This document shows positions 52,901 to 64,000 of a DNA stretch of 64,000 nt, piece after piece (positions within the stretch are counted from its first letter, which is position 1; the number at the start of each line of letters is the position of its first letter). The translations under genes were made by a program, and so were the position numbers. The notes beneath the pieces are model-generated. The model saw nothing but the letters and a program-made list of their open reading frames with translations. It made no database searches and was not told the origin of the DNA. Origin of the DNA: Pecten maximus. Lineage: Eukaryota. The DNA lies in contig NC_047023.1 in assembly GCF_902652985.1 (NCBI RefSeq), positions 29,946,001 to 30,010,000 on the forward strand, read 5' to 3'.

Positions 52901-55440
52901 TGATATGTTATATGACGACATTGTATAAATACTCAGATACTAAGAACGAAATCCTGATTAACACGAAAGATACTTGAGATATATTTGAAAAGACTTAAAA
53001 CATTATACAGCAGACTTCAAGTAGATATAATCTACAGAACAAGTTATTAAGGCATTGAGACTCTGGATATGCAAATATAATGATCATATAACGCAACAAG
53101 TGAATTCCTTGTATATTTCTAATTCATTTCATGTTTATAATTCCAATAAATGGATTTGTCATGTTATCAACAAAACATTATCCAGACAATTCGACTCTTC
53201 TATTGTGTAAACACAAGATTTTTCTTGACACCTGTCCATAGTTGTGTAGAAGTATATGCCCCCTCATCGCGATACAGAAATTCTCATTTAATTTTTAAAT
53301 ATGCATTGTGTCCGTTATTCGAGATAATATTCGAAAACATTTCCGATGCCTATGTGAATTCAAAAACATACCTGCATAGAAAAAACTACGAAAATTAAAA
53401 TGCTGTGGATAATTAATTAGTGATTGTTTCAACGGAATTCTGGTCTTCTGTCTCTGTGTATGATACAAATATCATAGCACTCATATCTATAGCAAAATGA
53501 ATTTTGATAGCATATCGTATCTTTTATTTGAAATTGTCATCGAATACAAGCATACATGCTACATATTCCTTCATAAGCTGAGTAAAGCAACATGGTTGAC
53601 AAAAATGACATACCTAGAAAGGAAATGGATTGTAGATTGCAACACATTGAATGTTAATATATATTGTATCTTAATAGTGAAATGGCAAAAAATATTAACT
53701 TGATCAGTTCATGATTTATCACAGCTTCTATAATCACAAGTGTTAATATAACTTTTGTTTTTGAAAGATCAAAACGGATAAATCGGCCGACTTTCCCGGT
53801 TCGGGTCAAAATGAATCAAAGTTAGATAGGAGTGGCGGTTATTTTGCTACACTTTTAAAATGTTATGCAATTTTTTCATGTTCATTTGATAGCAGTTATG
53901 GAAGCAAAACTTACCAGGTATACCATATAAGAGCAGAAAATTGTGCAATAGCTTTGAGTATCCCATTCAAATGGCGACGTCTTGTCGTCAGGCGTCATGT
54001 CATATGTATTCGAGACGAAAAGTTATTTATTTCCACTGTTTTCGACGCATATATTATTTCGCTTTTGTTGTCTATACCATGTTTAAAAAGATAGAAAATT
54101 GCATGGTTTCATGGTGATAACAGCAAATATTTCACCCTGCCAGAATCTACCGATTTTTGTCTTACTCGGGGAAATATGTGTGTTATTCAGCGAGAAATCG
54201 TTTAATATCAATTATATACTTATACGAATGCAGCACATCTCTCGTCAGGTCATATACTGTAATTTTCACTTCTTCCTATCTACAAACTGGATTTGTGGTA
54301 GTTACTGCAATTTTTCGTTATTCACGGATACAGCAAACGCTAACCGTCAGCTGGGCATTGCAGACAGACAACAATGCATGCCTTCTTTCTCCGGGGAAAT
54401 AAAATATATTTCTTTTACGCTTCTTTCCAACTTTGGTTCTGGACAAAGCAATCGATTTCACTTTAAACTCTCATATCCACAGGCAACAGTGAGAGTACGA
54501 AACGTGTTGGAATGGTCCATGTACTACATCCAGCACAAACGAGGTGTTCCGAATGTTCAGTCTAGTACATACCTATGCATTGTAGCCTGACGCGAATTTA
54601 TTTGTCATCATCCTGGGAGATTCCATCATTCAGAGTGATCCAAATTAATTACTCATTAGCTCCTAAAACAAAGCTAATTAATGTGCATTAATTGATTAGC
54701 TCCCTCTCGTTAATACATGAAGGGATTTGTAGCTACGGATAGAATTGTTAACTGTTGGTGCAAATCTTTCATTGATTGATTACTCTGCTTTATTTGTATG
54801 AATAACAAAGCACTATCCTTGTGCAAAAATAGATCGCAATGCATGTATCATTTTTTTTTATTTCTCTTCTAATTCAAAGACTCAACCTTTTTCAAAGTTT
54901 ATTTCTTCTTATGTACAACATATTATCTAAAAGGTATGGAACCTTTGCTGCGTTAAAATAACTTTTTTTCAAACACTTTGTTTAATAGCAATCTCCTGTA
55001 TGTACGTACAGAAGTCGAACAATAAACATTTTTCATTTTTGTCATCACTGTGTGGTCTCAGAAAGTTTGCTGTAAGTTTCCTTTAAACGATATTTGAATT
55101 AAAATAAAACAGGAGTACTTAAACGAATGTACATTTTAAAACATTAAGCCGTGATATCATATGTGCATGTTTTATAGATTAGTTTTTTTCACGATTCGTC
55201 AATAGTGAGGGAGATTAACGTTGGTATCAAGGTGTGTAGACGACATTTATATAGCTACCGCAAAATTGCGGTATTCTTTCGATTTGTGTTCACAGAAACG
55301 TTGATATATCCAAATCATGGTTGAAAAGGAAGTCACACTTTGAGAAACTATTTCCAGAATTATACAATTTAATCCCACATTCATTGAAAGAGCAGGGAAG
55401 TGTAAATCTCGAATGCTACATTTAAGTGCTGTATCTAATT

Positions 55441-55661
55441 CATTTTGATTTAGTTTGTTTAACGTCCTATTAACAGCCAGGGTCATTTATGGACGTGCTA
55501 GGTTTTGGAGCTGGAAAAAAGCCGGAGTATCCGGAGAAAAACCTTCGTCCTACGATCAGTACCAGGCAACTGCCCCACCTGGGTTTCGAACTCGCAATCC
55601 AGAGGTGGAGGGCTAGTGATAAGGTATCGGGACACCTGAACTACTCGGCCTCCGCGGCCCC
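55441..55661 (-). mobile_element. tRNA-derived V-domain SINE (RUDI/BivaV-like), full length
   Basis: The minus strand begins GGGGCCGCGGAGGCCGAGTAGTTCAGG (A-box-like), with B box GAGTTCGAAACC and V-domain-like GGTTTTTCTCCGGATACTCCGGCTTT. Tail AAATGACCCTGGCTGTTAATAGGACGTTAAACAAAC. ATCTAATT is repeated on both flanks (55433-55440, 55665-55672) as a probable degenerate TSD. Confidence 0.85.
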
Positions 55662-55890
55662 TAAATCTAATTGACTGTTATTAAGGATATTATCAAAATG
55701 ACGAAATACATGTTGTATATCAATTATCATTTACTCGTTATCTGTTCTGAATGAAGCTAAATTCCATCTCCATTTAAACATCTCCGTTTTTTCTATCGAA
55801 TCACTATTTGAGAAAGACGCCGATTTTACGCAACACCGAATAGGCAACATGATGAGCAGAATCCAGGGAATAGTGTCCTATTGATAATTA

Positions 55891-56111
55891 CCGTAAACGT
55901 GAAAATGTACGCGAGGGGGAAAGTTCCGCTAATTACTAGGAGTCCTTTTAATCGCGAAAACTTCCCCCACACGTATTATTGATATCAATTTGCGTAGTCT
56001 CGAACTACAAACGAAAGTTGATCAATCGCGAAAATTACCCCAATGCATATAGTTTGCATATCGAAATCGCGAAATTAACCGCCCGGAAAAATAATTATGC
56101 ATTTAAAAATA
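55891..56111. mobile_element. Degenerate TA-flanked MITE with ATCGCGAAA subterminal repeats
   Basis: Starts TA|CCGTAAACGT, nearly identical to the 35811 element start TA|CTGTAAACGT. Contains three ATCGCGAAA copies. The right terminus is eroded, so the end coordinate is approximate. Confidence 0.5.
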
Positions 56112-58671
56112 CCAATAAAACAACATAACCCATGTAACGATCCGTACATTTTACCATTGAAGTTTTTAGTTTGAAAATTCATACAACTGTTAAATATACC
56201 CGTCATTGATGTAACGATGAACGACTAGCTGACAGTTGATACATTGACAAAATGCGCTTTTCTAATAATCCGGAGACTACACATGTGTTGGCAGAGATTG
56301 CATTGGCGCCTGCCATTGCAGAATATAATTTAAATCGCAGTGCCGAAAGTAGATGCAACATGAAGTACAAGCGTCAAAAAATGCCACAAAATATAACATC
56401 ATATAAGCTACCGTGAAAGCTGGCTCAACGGTCAATGTAAATAATCTGACATGGCGCCGCTAAAATACAACTGTTGCAATTATTATAACACATGCATATC
56501 TGTGAAGTGAGCAGTGCTAGAACCAAGTATTGAATAATCTCGATCATACGATTGCACGTTTCAGAGATCGTAGAACGTATAGATACCTACTTTAAAATAG
56601 TTGCACAGTGCATTTTATCAAATTCAAAAACACTAATTTCCTTTGGAATAGTTATTGATAGTAGCAGTAATGCGATATGCTTTCAATTTTGTATGTTTTC
56701 TTCGATATTACTTTGGGTGTTCCCTTATTAGCCCAGAGATACAGTCTCATTTCAAGGAGTGAAAGGAGAAATAAACGTTTGTAAACATGTTACCGCAACT
56801 TGTGACAGTCTCTAAGGAATAACCATCAAATGTTATACAAGAGTATTCCCAATCTACATTTGTGACACCGGTGTATATGTATTGTCATAAAACTAGACGG
56901 AAGCAAATGTATGTTATGTTGAATTTGACACAAACGTCATCATGATGGTAACAGTCAACTTTTTCAGTTTGAAAATTATGAAGAAATGTATTCAATTTGA
57001 AAAAAAATAGGTGTTATTCCGTTTGATTCCATGCACATACCTCGAATGTCAGGTTCTTCTGGTATTTCACAGGTGTGGAAATACATTTGCTGTTTAACGT
57101 TGTATTTTGTTTTAACGGTAAGTACATAATGTAGTTGTAAATCCCTGAATCAATCTGGAATATCACGCTTTGTATTTTGGTTTGGATGGAGATCAATACA
57201 TCAATGGAATGATAGATAAAATGTTGATCTAAGTCAGTACCCACATTTAAATCAAATAATGGAAATGATGAAATGTATTGAATTATAGAGTTATTGCGAG
57301 TCCTCGTCCCATTTTGCCTTTTCGTTAGACCTATTTTTTTTACTTTCCTCTGTCGCCATATTGTATCAACATTTTAGGTCATCATGATCACTCGTAAGTC
57401 CTAGTAGAATCAACATTTATTTAAGAAATATATCTAATCGATATTGAACTAAAAATAATTAATCTGTGTATTAATTACACTTCCCGGATAGCATGGTGTT
57501 GTAATAATTGTTACATGTTGTTCACCGCCGCCACAATGAGAAATACTTAATCTTGATCTAATTTGCGCCCAAATCTCAGTAACATGACACCTATTTATTA
57601 CGGGATATCTGATTGGACAACTCCCGATACAGCAGCATGTTGACGACGTGCAAGGCAAGTAAGATTGGCGCCTATTGTAACACGATGTTGAATTACCCCC
57701 TGTGACTGCTCCTAATGAGGGCATTCCTCCGAAACTGTATAACGTATCCTATTTCTAAATTAGATTTTACACTGGGTGAGAGAATGAAGGCGTGAAGATC
57801 CACCCGATATAACTGATGGACGGATAAATTCAGAAAACTTCAATCAATCACCATGTTGTTCTCCTGCGAGACGGCGCCGGAACAGTTCAACAGGTCAAAC
57901 AATTAGCATCGCTGCATCAATAAATAACAATATATATAATACCGAAACAATTTAATGATGGGAGGAATAGGGCTTAGTTTGTCTCTATCTAATACCCAAC
58001 CAAAGCCACAACAATGCTTTGAGGATGATAACGATGTGGATATTTCAACAAGAAACTCTATAAGCAAAACAGAAATCGTATAACGATTACTTGTCTGGTA
58101 TAACGCTGGTCGTATCCATGACAAGTTGCGTTCATTCGCGTTATATTTTATCCAGCAAGCATATAACAGAAATATGAAACAATAGGATTTTGCCTTATAC
58201 ACTGACACCTCACACGTGCTATAAAGGGATGATTGCTGTTTGCGTCACTTTACTCCACCGAAGGGTTTTTACACGTGCTATGATATATCGCCCGAACGCC
58301 ATGAACAGCAGACATGAAAAGCTATTTTAGAAACAAGAAATGCTCACTAGTTCCAGTCAGTGCTACATATTTATCGATTAATTTCACCTTTCGCTGACAC
58401 CTTTTAATGCCCGTTTACCGACATGTAAGTTAAATAATATATGTTACTTTTCGATTTTCAGATGGCATAGAAAGGCCATGTAGTGCACATATGGTTTTCA
58501 TTGCAACAGAGGTCGAATCGGTACATTTAATTTTATCTCGAGAGTTGTCAAAACAGCTACAACAGACCTAAACGTTACAGTATATAATGTCAGCTCTTTA
58601 CAGAAAGGACCATATTGTGAAATATAAAGCAGAAAAGCACTTTTGATGTATTTAGATAATCATAGTAGCAA

Positions 58672-58904
58672 TTGTCTGTTTGCTCGTTTGATCTACCGCC
58701 CCATAAACATCCAGGGTCATATTGAGGCGGGTTCCCTTATAGTAGCTGGTGGCTACCTCAGTGGACCACATATGAGAGACCTGTAGCATGCCATCTAGCG
58801 CAACAGTAAAGTGTCTTACCCAAGGACACAATCACGAAAGCACAGACCGCCCTATTTCTCAGCCTCCCAAAAAAAAGACACAAAAACGCCACTGGCAGGG
58901 AGCG
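58672..58904 (-). mobile_element. 5'-truncated CORE-SINE, same family as 5385-5686
   Basis: The minus strand contains GATTGTGTCCTTGGGTAAGACACTTTAC (CORE), GATGGCATGC, GTAGCCACCAGCTAC and tail CGCCTCAATATGACCCTGGATGTTTATGGGGCG...CAAAC, colinear with ~5458-5680. Confidence 0.8.
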
Positions 58905-59462
58905 GTTTCAGTCATTGCGCCTCGAATATGTAATTGTCATTATTTTATAAACACGGTGACATATGTTACTAAGTATTTGTACAGAGAAGTTCATCGAGGT
59001 TGTTAGCTGAATACAGTAAGCAACTGATAAATGTATTTTAGTGCTGTACAATGTGTCTGCTAGGGCAAACAGTGACTGGTATCAGAGCCTACAACTATGA
59101 TTGAGCACGCCATTGCTAACACTCAACCACAATCCCTTATTGTGATGGTAATTATACAAATCCATGTATTTATAAGTTCATCTGATACACTGTATAGATA
59201 TCCTTGTCTCGCCGTATATATGTAACAGTGTGTTATCTATAGATGTGGTTCCGTCCAGGTACAGTATTTGTGACGAAAGTCAAAAGCATTGTTTAAGTTA
59301 ATAGCTTTAGGCATATCAGAACCCATTACCAGCAAAAACGCAGTAACATGTAGACGGCAGTGACATAAATGTCGGGATTCAACAGCACCATACTCCCTGG
59401 TTTTCCCGCCGATCATTACCAAATTGCTCGTCGACTAGAACCGTACTTTCGTGTTATCGTTA

Positions 59463-59512
59463 AACTCTATTAAAACTATTGGTATCTAACTCTATTAAAA
59501 TTATTGGTATCT
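59463..59512. repeat. 25-bp tandem duplication
   Basis: AACTCTATTAAAACTATTGGTATCT followed by AACTCTATTAAAATTATTGGTATCT. Confidence 0.85.
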
Positions 59513-60300
59513 TATCAGGGATACCCAAGGGGCGGCAGGCCTGACAATTCCCCCAGCGATCGCTTGAATAAACAGATTGCAATCCCCACTATCTATTCTT
59601 TTTATTATCACCTCCTTAGGTGCAGATATTTATAACTGCATTAGCCATATGGTACATCTGACCCGAATACCGATATGGCAAAGACCCTCGAGGCAGTGAC
59701 AGTATTACATTCGAATGTCCTAACAACTACGAATGTTTCCAACTGTTGTCCATATTCTGACATGGTCAGACAGCTAGAAGGGAGAGAAGGTCAGTGAACG
59801 GACTTGTAAGATGAGTTCCGAATGTAAATGACCCCGGCGTTTGGATATTGCGCCTATACACTAATGGAAGAATAATACCTTGTGTATTTGCTCAATTCCC
59901 CGGACATTATTCCTTATAAATAAATTCCCGCCAAGTCTGCAACGTGCGATCTCTGAACTAGCATACCAGACATCAAGACGGTTTATGAATCGTATCCCTA
60001 TCCCTCGGCTCCCTAAACAACCCGCTAACACAACAGCCATGTAATTTTTGTATAATCCCGCATATTGGTAAAAACGACCAGGTCTGTATCTCCTGACTAA
60101 ACTCCCGTCTGTACGATTCCCTCGATTACCGAAAGCATTCTAGATGTCACTGTCGAAATCCATGCATCAATCAAACGGCTAATTAATCTCTATGATCGAT
60201 CAGGTAACGTTCACCATTACGCATCAGACTTTCACATATGACGTCATAATCGAGGAAATCATCATATATACTAACGTTGTTAAGGCACCTCATGTCACGT

Positions 60301-60679
60301 TTAAGCATTTCGCTATAGATATCTATGTGGTAAACTTCTCAGACACGTTTTGTTACTGTTAAGCATTTCGCTATAGATATCTATGTAGTAACCTTCTCAG
60401 ACACGTTTTGTTACTGTTAAGCATTTCGTTATAGATAGCTATGTAGTAAACTTCTCAGACACGTTTTGTTACTGTTAAGCATTTCGTTATAGATATCTAT
60501 TTAGTAAACTTCTCATACACGATTTGTTACTGTTAAGCATTTCGTTATAGATATCTATGTAGTAACCTTCTCAGACACGTTTTGTTACTGTTAAGCATTT
60601 CGTTATAAAAACTCTATATAGTACACGTAACCTTCTCAGTCACGTAATGTCACTGTCAAACATTTTCGTTATAGATATA
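60301..60679. repeat. 58-bp minisatellite: 5 near-identical plus ~1.4 degenerate copies
   Basis: Unit TTAAGCATTTCG(C/T)TATAGATATCTATGTAGTAA(A/C)CTTCTCAGACACGTTTTGTTACTG starts at 60301, 60359, 60417, 60475, 60533 and 60591. Confidence 0.95.
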
Positions 60680-63600
60680 ATATGTATTAACATACACAAA
60701 CACATACATGTAATGTCAATTTCAACCATTTCGTTATCAATACTGTATGTATGTGTGTACATTTCTTTATATATACTATTTCGTTTCGCAGTTCTGCTCT
60801 TGACATCTGTTACAACACTAGTATCCGACGTATACGGGTTGTCAATCAAGACTATATATGATCATATAAAACTGTGTTCGCGGATGAGCCAGTCACTTGT
60901 GACAATTATAGTGTCATCACACTGAAATGTAATACGTACTTGACCACGGTAGCATGACACCTGGTCATATATGGTGAAACTGATGGAAGGAATAAGTATC
61001 AACACAGTAAAGCGTCTATCTGACCAATGTTTGTGAAATACTTGAAACCAGAAGAACCATTTCGAGCAAAAAATACAGACAGTGTGACTATTGAGTTTGT
61101 CTGCAGATTAAGTAACACGAGCCTTTACGAAGCAGGTTGATGGATCTACGTTTGAACCGTGGCATGAGACAAGGATAGACTCGGCAAAACCTAAGCCTTA
61201 CTCCGTTTTGAAACTACGCGTGATCAGCACTATTACAACACCAGAACGTAATCAATACGACACATCTACTTGATTGTCTGTAATGTAGCTTTGTTTCTCT
61301 TCAGTCCTGTCCCCGTAGACCAGTGGAGGGCTTTACCGTCCGCCAGAATGCGCGGTCAAGGTCGAAAGAGAAACGATTCATCAAACTATTCATAGGCCAC
61401 TGAAACCGTCCATTTTAAGTGTATGATATGACGTTGAGCGTACCCTTTACACGTTATATATTAAGCACGAAGAGTGCGGCAGCGTTCTTGCACCTATAAA
61501 AGTCATTCTAAAAGGCACAGCTGGAGTATAATTCGTGTTTGATTGGGTTTTAAAGAGCTACAATTAAACACTTAAAAAGGTCACCGTAATAACAGCGCTG
61601 TCACATAACTTGTTAACTTTCACATATGATTGTGGACAGTGCACTTTAGGAAGTTTTCACGATATTTAAGGCGATTTCATCGTGCCCAACATCTTGTTTA
61701 TTTCCCCAGTTTCTATGCTGGCCAATGTTCCCTTTAACATTCCTTGACAAAAGACGTGCGGGTTTTTTCCCTCTCTATGACTAGCAGTGTACTGTTTACT
61801 GCTGGGTTCTGTTAATTGTTTCTCTCTTGCCTTAATTACCTTCCGTGGAGTTGAATCATTACAATACTACACTGCTGCCAGCCCGGTGTTTTCCTTGCAT
61901 GCATAAATGTCATCTATATATTGTACCATGGAGAACGGTGCAAAACTACAAAACTCTCACAATTATCTAGTGCTACCACATGGTCTGTTTTATATATGTA
62001 TGTATTAACGTCTTCTTACCGTCATAATCAGTACTGTATCTAGTGTACATACATGTATCATGTCCATGGATCTCCCACCAATATTACAGTATAAAAAATT
62101 CGTTTATTTATTATTCATACATCAAACTTGTGATTATCAAAGACAGATAGATGTATAATGTGGTATTAGGTGCAGATGATTATTGTAGAAATATGAATAT
62201 TGCGTATTCGATGAGTTGGGATAACATTATTTTAATTACTTGCCTTCGTGTATGAAAGAGTGGTATGTTTGCAGAAGACCTTGTAACCTTATTTCTGAGT
62301 GCAGACACATAAACATAAAGAGAATGAGGTGATCATATAATTGGGAGGCTGCCTGTCTCTCTATACATGGTGTCGTGTCCTGAGAACAAGTTAATACAAT
62401 TAATATATCTACTGACCGCCGTCGGCACATTCCCAGTTATATATACCTAGAGTTAAAATGAGAGTATGGCTATACCAGGCACCATCACTTCCTATACAAT
62501 ACATTAGAAATTTTACTCCCCCACATTTCCGTAAGCAAGTAAGTACACAAAGAGTCCACCAGTGAACAGCTCCTTCAAATATGTCGATGATTAAAATAGA
62601 AGCACATCATACAGCTTTTTCATTCATCAAGGACTCATCTTCCTTGATGCTCTGGGCTAAATGTATGGGAATCCAGAAAGAAAACAGCTAGATCAAAATC
62701 AAAACAAAAGCTTGCTTTGGTTTTTATTGTATAACTTTATAACAAACGAAAATTGCCTGTTATCTCACCCCATAGCCTATTAACTATTTTTGTATTTACT
62801 TCTCATAAGAGAAAACTAGATACGTGTTAATATCCTGACCCGGTACGTTGTACCTCTATTCAAATGAATTTACTACGTACACTAAAGTACGCATGGTATT
62901 AAAACATCGGGCCGGAGACAAAAACCAAAATTAAAAGACAAAAATATAGCCAAGTCACCTCTACATTTACAAAATATGAAATAGTGTTATTCCTGTAAAA
63001 ATATATTGTCTCGACTGATCAGATTTGTGACTTTCAATAATCTAAGCCTTCCATTCCACGTAAAGCTCGACGCAGACAGATCATAATCACATGTAAAAAT
63101 GGCACTAGGGAAGGAGACAGACAATTAGGGTGACTATACGCCGATTACTTAGTAACTATATTTTATTCTGAGACTCTGATATATCCTCAAGAGTTGAGTG
63201 CACCGGAGTTGATATCATGTTGATATACGCGCAAAGGTTGTTGTAGCAAAATATTGATATCACTTTTATTGCATATTGCAAAGAAAAAATAAATTCATAA
63301 CTCAATAACTTGTTCAGGGAAAGAATAGAAAAGGGCCTAGCCTATTTTCCGATCCCCTTTGTAAGTACTTTGCTATAACAATACTTTCTATGTCAGAATA
63401 TTTTGTTCTGTATTTGCTGTGTTGACAATACAATATATTGAAAACCGGTTGATCGTCTACTCGTCCGTATGACTTGGCCACATGTTCATGTATAAGCACT
63501 GTCCGAATTGCAAACTTAGACCCAAGTTTAGCAGAGCCCGGCTGAGTAGTGTGTTTAACAGCTCTTGTACTTATATAAAAAGGAAAAATATTTTTTAAAC

Positions 63601-64000
63601 CTTCAGAAAGGACCTCTTTCACGAACAATAGAATTTTCCCCATGAACCAATTTGCCCAAAACCAGATGGAATATATAGCACCCTTAGAATGAACACTTGG
63701 GTTTCAAAAATTCAAAAGGTCCCAGGCGCCGGTGCTATGGCCCTTTGAGAGGTCCTTTGCCGTTACATCCGCGTGATGAGCTAATCAGTCAATATAATTA
63801 AATTTTGATCCTGAGGTAAGGACCTATTTACTAAATATAATAGCAAATAAACCAGACAGGCATACGGCTACCTAGCTGGATATACTTAAATATAAGTCGT
63901 TTCTATCTTTCCCCTTTGCTATTTAGAGGAGTCGAAACCTAGATGATCCCAATTAAACGAATCGACCCAAACCCGCGCGAAAGGGCTTGGTATAAATCTA

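Noticed and set aside
54099-54590. Longest ORF in the window (163 aa)
   Set aside because: Non-ATG start, composition typical of random AT-rich DNA, and no family motif.

Overview
AT-rich eukaryotic genomic DNA, not prokaryotic. The repeat families (tRNA-headed CORE-, V- and Meta-domain SINEs with a shared AAAC-rich tail, a Helentron/HINE-type satellite element, many MITEs) point to a bivalve mollusc, probably a scallop; this is an inference. None of the six-frame ORFs is a credible single-exon gene. The only coding sequence I can support is one 125-bp internal exon on the minus strand (19707-19831). It encodes the first half of an Ig domain of a Dpr/DIP/ZIG-8-like cell-surface protein, so most or all of the window is probably intronic or upstream DNA of that gene. 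The rest is SINEs and SINE fragments, MITEs, 31/36/58-bp minisatellites, a 31-nt poly-G run, a near-perfect hairpin and a 130-N assembly gap. The most unusual item is a TSD-bounded Meta-SINE (37880-38420) with a degenerate Pol III head preceded by a ~125-nt structured 5' leader, a candidate alternative 5'-processing or promoter module. I found no CRISPR array, rRNA, true tRNA or intact autonomous transposon.
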